A DNA stretch of 64,000 nt, taken from contig NC_043025.1 in assembly GCF_006345805.1 (NCBI RefSeq), positions 6,138,001 through 6,202,000 of the forward strand. Reading direction: 5' to 3'. The position numbers were made by a program, and so were the translations under genes. Positions within the stretch are counted from its first letter, which is position 1. Each line of letters opens with the position of its first letter. Below the pieces are notes generated by a model that saw only the letters and a program-made list of their open reading frames with translations, ran no database searches and had not been told where the DNA came from. Positions 53,490 through 64,000 of this stretch are shown here, in pieces. This stretch comes from Octopus sinensis. Lineage: Eukaryota.

Positions 53490-54240
53490 CGTCCTAGTTT
53501 TGAAGGATGCAGTGCTCCAACAACTAACAACTGATGCCGGCAGTTTGTTCCATGCTTCAGCAACTCTCAGCGTGAAAAAATGTTTCCTAAAGTCATGGGA
53601 GCTGTGCTGTTTTCTGACTTTGTAAATATGTCCACGGGAGTTAGATGGGTGGAGTTTTTAAATAATAATAATAATGAAATTATTGTATACAGTGCTCAGG
53701 AGCACCACAACTTGTCAAAACTGCACATAAAGTACATGCAGTAATGTAAAAATGTCTGGAAAGCAAACAATATGAGTCAGATATATGCTTGTGTGTGTAT
53801 GGAGGGGAGAAAATCAGGTGTAGTGTTGGTGAATTTCTCAGGAAGCATGGAAGTTTTGAAGGATGCAGTGCTCCAACAACTAACAACTGATGCCGGCAGT
53901 TTGTTCCATGCTTCAGCAACTCTCAGCGTGAAAAAATGTTTCCTGAAGTCATGGGAGCTGTGCTGGGCTTCTTTCAGTTTCATGGGAGCTGTGCTGTTTT
54001 CTGACTTTGTAAATATGTCCACGGGTGTTAGATGGTGGAGTTTGAAAAGGTGCTCAGAGTTATTGTTTGTACGATGGTTGATAATTTTATGGGTGTCTGC
54101 CAAGTCAGCTGCCAGACGATTGATATCCTGGGCAAGATTGGGGTTCCCGACTGGTGATGCAAATTCCAGGTGAGGTCTTACCATAGCTATATATGTTCCA
54201 ACCAACCAGATCCAGCGTCTCACACCTTCCATACAATGTC
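53490..54240 (-). mobile_element. CR1-type LINE 3' fragment with an internal deletion and a partial tandem duplicate
   Basis: YIAMVRPHLEFASPV.NP...DLADTHKII...RKHFFTLRVAEAWNKLP; 53490-53650 duplicates about 53850-54025. Confidence 0.85.
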
Positions 54241-55092
54241 ATTCTAAATATAAACAACCACTTCATGAAAATCTCAATGTTACAAGACAATACCTGATTA
54301 ACTGAGAGCAATGGGAATAAATAACGATTACATTTGACAGAGTTTACCTGAATGTTGAAGGGTAAAAGGTCCAGTAATGATTAGCTTTGAAATGGAAGTT
54401 TAAACACACTTCTTAGCATTTTAAGCTGGCCTCATCCGGCCCAAATATTCAGCTTGTTTTGCATTTAAACTGACCACTTCCAGCCTCTGACACCAAATTC
54501 AAAGCCATTTGAATAAATAAGCTTAACATTTGCAGGATAAGCTGATTGCTGAAGGGTTAAATACTTAATTCTGAAATGGAGTGTTTAAATACACGTAGGA
54601 GTGGCTGTGTGGTAAGTAGCTTGCTAACCAACCACATGGTTCCGGGTTCAGTCCCACTGCGTGGCATCTTGGGCAAGTGTTTTCTGCTATAGCCCCGGGC
54701 CGACCAATGCCTTGTGAGTTGATTTGGTAGAAGGAAACTGAAAGAAGCCTGTCATATATGTGTGTCTGTGTTTGTCCTCCCAACATCGCTTGACAACCGA
54801 TGCCGGTGTGTTTACGTCCCCGTCACTTAGCGGTTCGGCAAAAGAGACCGATAGAATAAGTACTGGGCTTACAAAGAATAAGTCCCGGGGTCGATTTGCT
54901 CGACTAAAGGCGGTGCTCCAGCATGGCTGCAGTCAAATGACTGAAACAAGTAAAAGAGTAGGCATTTAGAGGCTTGCAATGGCAGCTGAAACACTTATCA
55001 AATATTTGAACAGAAGTAATATAACCCCTTAGTTGGATACAAATAGATCAGCGATATTCTAGCTTTGTAATAACACCAATATTTTAATTTAA

Positions 55093-55229
55093 TTTTTTGG
55101 CTCGAAAAGCAAAAGCAAGGCCATGTAGGGGGACATGGAGTTATGTACAGGGAGGGTGTTCATACAAAGAGTTCAGGCCATTTCTGGCCAAGAGAGACTT
55201 TGAACCGAGCGGTCGTCCGCATCTTCACT
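55093..55229 (-). mobile_element. CR1 3' end fragment (same family as 10625 and 17770)
   Basis: Reverse complement of the GACCGCTCGGTTCAAAGTCTCTCTTG...GCTTTTGCTTTT tail. Confidence 0.8.
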
Positions 55230-55619
55230 AACTCTTAAATGCCTAGACCACAACAACTTACTGAGTCCTGAACCATACATAACCACATTTCAAATAGTGT
55301 TGTTTAAGGGTGATAAACTGGAACTAAGAATTCTTCTCGATGAGAAATAAAGTTTAGCTTCGTTTTAGGGTTTTGGGGGTCTTTTTTTTTTCCCCCAAAG
55401 GACTTCCTGTTTGTTTATTCAGTGAACTTGGATTGTTCTCTTGTCTCCATTTCTGAGCACCGTATCGGGTATAACCGTGAGTGGTGAGTTAGGATTTGGT
55501 GATATTATGATGGTGTATGCCTGGCTGTATGGTTGAGAATCTTGCTTTCCAGTCTCACCTCAGGGGCCCAAAGAAAGCCTTGTGAGTGGCTTTGGTGAGA
55601 CTGGAATTGAAAGAAACCT

Positions 55620-55639
55620 TTTGTGTGTGTGTTTGTGTA

Positions 55640-55670
<31 letters not shown>

Positions 55671-56340
55671 CTATATATATGTATGTGTATATATCTATAT
55701 GTATGTGTGTATATATCTATATGTATGTGTGTGTGTATATATCTATATATGTGTGTGTATATCTATATATATGTGTGTGTATATCTATATATGTGTGTGT
55801 GTATATCTATATATATGTGTGTGTGTGTATATATATGTGTGTGTGTGTATATATCTATGTGTGTGTGTATATCTATATGTGTGTGTATATCTATGTGTGT
55901 ATATATATCTATATATGTGTGTATGTATATCTATATATGTGTGTGTATGTATCTATGTGTGTGTGTGTGTGCATATATCTATGTGTATGTGTGCATATAT
56001 CTATGTGTATGTGTGTGTATATATATATCTATAGGTGTATGTGTGTGTATATATATATCTATAGGTGTATGTGTGTGTGTATATATATATCTATAGGTGT
56101 ATGTGTGTGTGTATATATATATCTATAGGTGTGTGTGTGTGTGTATATATATCTATAGGTGTATGTGTGTGTGTATATATATATCTATAGGTGTATGTGT
56201 GTGTGTGTATATATATCTATAGGTGTATGTGTGTGTTGTGTATATATATATCTATAGGTGTATGTGTGTGTGTGTGTGTATATATATATCTATAGGTGTA
56301 TGTGTGTGTGTGTGTGTATATATATATATCTATAGGTGTA

Positions 56341-56371
<31 letters not shown>

Positions 56372-57080
56372 CTATAGGTGTGTGTGTGTGTGTGTATATA
56401 TATATATCTATAGGTGTATGTGTGTGTGTGTGTGATATATATATATCTATAGGTGTATGTGTGTGTGTGTGTGTATATATATATATCTATAGGTGTATGT
56501 GTGTGTGTGTGTATATATATATATATCTATAGGTGTGTGTGTGTGTGTGTATATATATATATCTATAGGTGTATGTTGTGTGTGTGTGATATATATATAT
56601 CTATAGGTGTATGTGTGTTTGTGTGTGTATATATATATATCTATAGGTGTATGGTGTGTGTGTGTATATATATATATATCTATAGGTGTATGTGTGTGTG
56701 TGTGTGTATATATATATATCTATAGGTGTATGTGTGTGTGTGTGTATATATATATATCTATAGGTGTATGTGTGTATATATATATCTATAGGTGTATGTG
56801 TGTGTGGTGTATATATATATCTATAGGTGTATGTGTGTATATATATATCTATAGGTGTATGTGTGTGTGTGTATATATAATCTATAGTGTATGTGTGTGT
56901 GTGTATATATATCTATATATGTATATCTGTGTGTGTATGTGTATATATATATGTATGTATATCTGTGTGTGTGTTATATATATATATGTGTGTGTATGTG
57001 TATATCTGTGTGTGTGTATATATATATATATGTGTGTGTGTGTATGTGTATATATATATGTGTGTGTGTGTGTGTATGTG

Positions 57081-57111
<31 letters not shown>

Positions 57112-57140
57112 ATGTGTATATATATATGTGTGTGTGTGTG

Positions 57141-57171
<31 letters not shown>

Positions 57172-57180
57172 GTGGTGTGT
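55620..57180. repeat. Compound (TG)n(TA)n microsatellite with a recurrent CTATAGGTG spacer
   Basis: Directly visible higher-order unit of about 30-40 bp. Confidence 0.95.
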
Positions 57181-57868
57181 GTATGTAGTAGAAATAATTG
57201 ATACTGAAGTTAGTGCATACTGGAAAGTTTCCTGTATATTCAACATGCACCGAGGAATTCCTGAAGTAGATCCAGTGACAACTGTGTGTTAAATGTTGAT
57301 GACACCAGGTGCCAGTAAGAGGTGAATGTGCTCTGCTAGCGCACCACTAGGGACACACCCATAATACAGTTGAGATGCTAATTTTTAAATTTCAACTCTA
57401 AACTTTAATTATGCCTTATATACACCCGTGACGTCACACAATGGTTGTAAGCAACCACCCGTATCATACAAGTATGTTGTTTATGAAAACATGTCTGGCT
57501 ATATTGAAAAGTTAGCTTACTTGGAAACTGGCAAGGGCTGGTTACAGGAAGGACATTCGGTCATAGAAAATCTACCCCTACGAATTTTGTCTGGTCTATT
57601 CAAGCATTGGAAAGTGGGCTCTCTTTTTTTTCTCTTTTTACTTGTTTCAGCCATTTGACTGCGGCCATGCTGGAGCACCGCCTTTAGTCGAGCAACTCGA
57701 CCCCGGGACTTATTCTTTGTAAGCCCAGTACTTATTCTATCGGTCTCTTTTGCCGAACCGCTAAGTGACGGGGACGTAAACACACCAGCATCAGTTGTCA
57801 AGCAATGCTAGGGGAACAAACACAGACACACAAACATATTCACACACACTTATATATATATATACATA

Positions 57869-58219
57869 CTAGCAGTATCGCCCGGCGTTGCTCGGGTTTG
57901 TAAGGGAAATAACTATAAAGCAAAATGGAAAAAAAATGATGGTAAATTTTTTTTTTTAGTTAAAAAGGTCGAGTTGCGTCCCCTAGACAGTCTGTGGTTT
58001 GTGTTTCTGATTCTCGACCCCATGTCGAATTTATCGATTTTTTTCAGAACTGGGGGAACTTTTCAAAATTTTCGCTGCGTTAGTTTTGAATTATGACATT
58101 GGGCTATGTGTGTGTCAAGTTTCATCAGAATCGGTTGAAAGCCGTGGTCAGGGTGAGGGTACGAGAAAACAGACACACAGAAACACACACAGACAAACTG
58201 CCGTTTATATATAGAGAGA
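57869..58219 (-). mobile_element. Non-autonomous Helitron inserted in the microsatellite of a family B SINE
   Basis: Minus strand begins TC TCTCTATATATAAAC and ends CCCGAGCAACGCCGGGCGATACTG-CTAG, between A and T. Confidence 0.78.
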
Positions 58220-59522
58220 TATACGACAGGCTTCTTTCAGTTTCCGTCTACCAAATCCACTCACAAGGCATTGGTCGGCCCAGGGCTATAGCAGAAGACA
58301 CTTGCCCAAGATGCCACGCAGTGGGACTGAACCCGGAACCATGTGGTTGGTTAGCAAGCTACTTACCAAACAGCCACTCCTGCGCCTATATACAATAACG
58401 ATAAGGATTTAACCGTTTTGTTGGAATATTTCTGTTGAAATTCACTGACTTTGTTCAATTAATTTTGGAAAATAGTGAAGAATTTATTAAAATAAGTTTA
58501 TCGTTATTTATCTGGTGTTTGGGACACAAAATTTTTGATGGGAGATTTTTTTAAAATCATTTTGAAACAGGAAATTTGTATCTTAGAACCAGAGAGATGG
58601 TCATGGTGGGATGGTATCAAAAATGTTAATTAGTGGATACCAGCCTCTCTTCTCCATGCCATCAATGTTATCCAAGGGAAAGGCAAAGGGGCCGATACAG
58701 CTTGGCACCAGTGACGTCAACTCATTTCTACAGCTGAGTGGACTGGAGCAACGTGAAATAAAATGTCTTGCTCAAGAACACAACTCACAGCTCAGTCCAG
58801 GATTTGAACACACTACCTCATAATTGTGAGCTCAATGCTCTAACCACTGAGCCACATACCTTCACAATGGCAAAATTACTTAACTAAATTCTTTGTTATT
58901 TTTTAAATTAGTGTCTGCAAGGGGGGGGGCAATTACTATATGTTTGTAAGGAGGTGGGGGTGTTACTGGGGTATCTAAATTGAGGAGGTGCTGCTGCTGT
59001 TTGTGTAAGGCAGTGGTTTTCAACCAGGGTCCCACTGAACCTTAGGGTTCCGCCAATACAGTCCAGGGGTTCTGCAAGAAGTTACAAAACTGCTAAAATC
59101 GACAGTAGTTTTTAATTCTCCCGTGCAGATATTTGTGCATAAGACTACTAAATTATTGCACAGGGGTTCCTCGAGCCAGTGGAATGTTTCCTTAGGGTTC
59201 CGCTCCAGCAAAAAGGAGAAAGAGGTCGTCTAGAGGAGGACATGCTCCTGTAACATGTTTGTGTAAGGTGGGGAGGTACCCCTTAATGTATTTGTAAGGG
59301 GTGTAGAAGTACCATCCTAGTTAGGAGTAGGGGAGGGTATTACTGTTGTCTGTAAGGAGGTTAAGGTGCTACTCTGTGTGAAAGGAGGCTGGTTTTGTGG
59401 GGAGATCGTTTTAGGGCAGATATCACTCTAGTGTTTGTCTGAGGCAGTGGGGAGTAATTACCAATATTCTCTCTCTAACCTTCGTTAGTTAGCAATTCTT
59501 AAAATCATTAACAGAACTGATT

Positions 59523-59942
59523 AGGCGGTGAGCTGGCAGAAACGTTAGCACGCCGAGCGAAATGCGTAGCCGTATTTCGTCTGCCGCTACGTTCTGAGTT
59601 CAAATTCTGCTGAGGTCTACTTTGCCTTTCATCCTTTTGGGGTTGATAAATTAAGTACCGGTTACGCACTGGGGTCGATATAATCGACTTAATCCGTTTG
59701 TCTGTCCTTGTTTGTCCTCTCTGTGTTTAGCCCCTTGTGGGTAGTAAAGAAATAGGTATTTCGTCTGCCGCTACGTTCTGAGTTCAAATTCTGCTGAGGT
59801 CGACTTTGCCTTTCATCCTTTCGGGGTCGATAAATTAAGTACCGGTTACACACTGGGGACACTATAATCGACTTAATCCGTTTGTCTGTCCTTGTTTGTC
59901 CTCTCTGTGTTTAGCCCTTTGTGGGTAGTAAAGAAATACGTA
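59523..59942 (+). mobile_element. Family C SINE dimer flanked by 112-bp direct repeats
   Basis: 59411-59522 is identical to 59943-60054. Confidence 0.88.
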
Positions 59943-61319
59943 TTAGGGCAGATATCACTCTAGTGTTTGTCTGAGGCAGTGGGGAGTAATTACCAATATT
60001 CTCTCTCTAACCTTCGTTAGTTAGCAATTCTTAAAATCATTAACAGAACTGATTGCCACTAACTAGAAATAGCAAGAACTTCACCATAGATATATTTAAA
60101 AAACATAGAATATATATTTCATGTGTATGGAGTCTTTGTATCTTTTCATATTCCTTGATTTCAATTTCATATTCCTTAATTGAGGAGATCGTTATCTCCC
60201 ATCAAATTAGCAGCCAACCAGAGGGTGTTACGCATGCGTTAATAGACTGGCTTTACTAAAACATATTTCATGCATGCTTCATTACATTTTTATTATTTTT
60301 TAATTTTTAATTTTTATTTTGCTTATGAATTTTTTTTACTGTTAAAAAATTGTTTGCTTTGTTTTTGTTTTTGTTTTTATTTATTTCTATTGTTTGGTTT
60401 TTAGTTTGTTTTGTCTGTGCTTTGTCTGTCTCGAGTAGCAACTGGGTGGGAGATGTAAAGTTGCCAACGAAAATATGGTATACAATCTTTTTTTTTTTTC
60501 TTTGGATTTGCATGTTTAGCAAAGTGACTTGATCTGAGACCGTTGTGTTCAAACCAAAACAGTTCCTATCATACAAGAGTCATTCTAACCATCTAGAAAC
60601 ATACAAAAATTAATTTTAAGAATTTTTTTTTTTTTTTTTTGTGAGATTTTAGCATTTTCATAACACCACTGCGTCCTTTTTGACGTAAACCAAGCATGGC
60701 TGTGTGGTTAGGAAGTTGGCTTCACAACCACATGGGCTCAGGGGTTCAGTCCTTCTGCCTTGCATCTTGGGTGAGTGTCTTCTATGGCATACAGCTGACC
60801 AATGCCATTTGAGTCAAACTGGTACAAGGGAATTATGGAAGCCTATTGTGTGTTTGTGTTCTGTAACTTAATGGTTTGACTAAGAAATTGTTGAATGCCA
60901 TATTTCATTGAGGGTCAGAGGGTGGTCTTAAGGTGATGCTCCAGCATGGCTGTAACATCTTGGAAATGTGTGTGTAGGGCATCAGAATTGGCTGGGGACT
61001 TAATATCAATCTCACCATACTTTAAAGCAACTCTTAGCTTTTGTTGGCAGTATACTGTATATTTATATACACACACATCTATCTATTTATATAGGTAAGA
61101 TTCAGTTGAATTAGGTACTTAAATTGAAGCACCTCGTTATGTAAGTATTGAACTTGGTACATAGGTAACAGCCTAATATTCCTGCATTGTATATAGACAA
61201 TTAGACCCAGCTGAGTAAAGAAATCCACTCCTGAGCTATTTCAGACATGTAGATTATATTAAACACACGGTCCATAATATTTACAAAGGGCAGATTCTGA
61301 GACAGGTGAATAAAATATG

Positions 61320-61430
61320 AATAACAGTAGAGGTACAGGTGTGAATCCATTACAGCTGTTTCTAACGACTCCTTTAATTGATTAATGAAAACATTATATT
61401 GTTATAAAGAGACCGTTTTCCTCAGATTAA
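61320..61430 (-). mobile_element. Penelope-like remnant with long-loop hammerhead-like core (61351-61425)
   Basis: CTGAGGA-A-AACG...CGTT-A-GAAA-CAGCTG-TA. A related interrupted plus-strand copy lies at 61975-62530. Confidence 0.45.
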
Positions 61431-62275
61431 TTCCTGAACTCCAAAACAAAGGACACTCTTTTACTTGTTTCAGTCATTTGACTGCGGCCATGCTGGAGCA
61501 CCGCCTTTAGTCTAGCAAATCGACCCCGGGACTTATTCCTTTTTGTAAGCCCAGTACTTATTCTATCGGTCTCTTTTGCCGAACCGCTAAGTGACGGGGA
61601 CGTAAACACACCAGCATCGGTTGTCAAGCAATGCTAGGGAGACAAACACAGTCACACACACACATATATATATACGACGGGCTTCTTTCAGTTTCCGTCT
61701 ACCAAATCCACTCACAAGGCATTGGTCGGCCCGAGGCTATAGTAGAAGACACTTACCCAAGATGCCACGCAGTGGGACTGCACCCGGAACCATGTGGTTG
61801 GTAAGCAAGCTACTTACCACACAGCCACTCCTGTGTTCAAAATGATTTAACATAGTTTAAATCCACAAAGCAAAAACATCTTCAGTGATTCTGCTTCTGT
61901 TGCTGTCGGCTGAAATATGGATTTTAAACTACATTAAATCATTTTGAATGCCCTTAATTTTAAAGTTCATGAATTCATATGAGGGAAACGGTTCCTTTAT
62001 AATGATGTAATGTTTTCATTAATCTATTAAAGGAGTCGTTACCACATTTATTTTGAGATGCTCTGTGTTTCTTTCAATTAATTTTAAATATAACAAAGAA
62101 TTTAGTAAAATAACTAGTTATCATTAAGCTAATGTTAGGAACATAAATTGTGACTAAGGTTTGGTGGAAGATTTTAATTCAAAACTTAAGAAAACAAGAG
62201 ATTTGTACTACAGAGCCAGAGGCGTTTTCAGCCAGGTTGGTAACGAAAGGGTTAAAAATATCATGGTGACTTTAA

Positions 62276-62486
62276 CCCTTTTGTTACCATATTTCTGTTG
62301 AGATGCTTTCAATTAATTTTAAATATAACAAAGAATTTAGTAAAATAACTTAGTTATCATTAAGCTAGTGTTAAGAACATAAATTGTGACTAAGGAATGG
62401 TGAAAGATTTTAATTCAAAACTTATGAAAACAAGACATTTGTGCCCAGAGCCAGTGGCGGTTTTAGCCGTGTTGGTATTGAAAGGG
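62276..62486. mobile_element. piggyBac-type MITE (second family) with an adjacent truncated copy at 62040-62255
   Basis: TTAA|CCCTTT ... AAAGGG|TTAA. Confidence 0.7.
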
Positions 62487-63598
62487 TTAAAGGAGTCGTT
62501 AGAAACAGCCATAACAGATTGACACCTGTACTTATGAGTGGACTTGGTAGATGGAAACTGAAAGAAGCCCATCGTATATGTGTGTGTGTGACCCTGTAAC
62601 TTAATGGTTTGTGACAAGAGACCAATAGAATAAGTACCAGGCTTTGAAAGAACAAGTATTGGGGTCAATCTCTTTGGTTGAAATCCTTTAAGGCATTTCC
62701 TCATATGCTCACAGTCTAATAATAACTGAAACGGGTAAAAGAATGGGTGTGTGTATTATGTATGTGAAGGTGCATGGCTTTGTGGTTAGGGCATTTGGCT
62801 CATAATTGTATGGTCATGAGTTCAATTCCCGGCAACGTGTTGTGTCCTTGAGCAAGACACTTTATTTCACGTTGCTCCAGTCTACACAGCTGGCAAAAAT
62901 GAGTAATACCTGAATTTGAAAGGGCCAGCCTTGTGACACTATGTCACGTTGAATCTCCCTGAGAACTACATTAGGGTCCACATGTCTGTGGAGGGCTCAG
63001 CCACCTGCACGTTAATTTCACGAGCAAGGTGTTCCATTGATCGGATCAGCTGGGACCCTTGTTGTCATAACCAATGGAGTGCTCCTATATATTATATTAT
63101 GTATGTGTGCAAGTATGCATGTGTGTGTGTGTGTGTGCACTTTTCAGAATCATCTTTTTATATCAAGGAAGTTGATTTTTTTTTTTTTTTCGAGTCCCTT
63201 CTTGAAAGGGGTCAGCATGATTTTGTTCAGGTTTGTGCTTAATTTTTGTTTTGTTTTATTAAGCTTACATTTAATTGTAACATCTGTGTGTGTGATGGAA
63301 GAAGCTGCAGACGGTGGAAATGACATTTGTAAAGTCAGATTAACAAAGCTTTACCATTTTAAAGAGAGATTAACCCCAACAAAAAGCAATTGCTCCTTGT
63401 TTAAAAGTTGTTCTCAACCACTGTATAATGTGTGCGTGTGTGTACGCAATGCCTACTAATATTATTTTCTGTGTTGTGTGTTTATGTAAACCCTGTATTT
63501 TTCTGCATGCGTTTTAATCATTCCCTAAGCACCACTTAATATAGGGACCATTGCCAAGTTTCCATTCCCTGCTTTCTGGTTACCTCCATTTCCAGATC

Positions 63599-64000
63599 TT
63601 TATATTTAGATAATTTCTCCATTGGTTTTAGAGATACATTATCGTCTATTGAGATTGATATGTTGATTAGGAATTATTTCTCTTCTTGATATCCTTGATA
63701 ACAATATCTGGTCAATTATTATCGTTCTCTCCTTGTCTCTGTGTGACTTTTATATTTAGATAATTTCTCCATTGGTTTTAGGGATACATTATCGTCTATT
63801 GAGATTGATATGTTGATTAGGAATTATTTCTCTTCTTGATATCCTTAATAACAATATCTGGTCAATTATTATCGTTCTCTCCTTGTCTCTGTGTGACTTT
63901 TATATTTAGATAATTTCTCCATTGGTTTTAGAGATACATTATCATCTATTGAGATTGATATGTTGATTAGGAATTATTTCTCTTGATGATCCTTGATAAC
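63599..64000. repeat. 150-bp tandem repeat, at least 2.7 copies, running off the window
   Basis: TATATTTAGATAATTTCTCC at 63601, 63751 and 63901. Confidence 0.93.

Noticed and set aside
60053-60259. 68-aa plus ORF as a further ataxin-2 exon
   Set aside because: No ataxin-2-like composition and no convincing splice-site pair.

Overview
Eukaryotic, AT-rich, repeat-dense genomic DNA. The SINE, CR1, Penelope and Helitron repertoire and (TA/CA)n load look like an octopus (cephalopod) genome; this is inference and the species cannot be set from the sequence. Two protein-coding genes are arranged head to head. One is the first coding exon of a TBC1D10/EPI64-family Rab-GAP (minus strand, 32015-32190), whose intron apparently covers 1-32014. 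The other is an ataxin-2 homolog (plus strand) with exons at 37392-37450, 41890-42082 and 46262-46410. The ataxin-2 LSm, LSmAD and PAM2 exons are absent and most likely lie in the 100-N gap at 38148-38247. The rest is four SINE families (informally A-D here), CR1 3' ends, a mariner derivative, Helitrons, piggyBac-type MITEs, Penelope-like remnants, three satellites and many microsatellites. Nearly all long ORFs in the track are repeat artefacts. The most notable non-coding signals are hammerhead-ribozyme-like cores in at least three Penelope-like families (some inside foldback palindromes), a perfect 112-bp duplication around a SINE dimer, recurrent SINE multimers with one shared junction, and SINE-seeded minisatellites. 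No clearly new biological system is proven. Repeat boundaries are approximate because they were read by eye.
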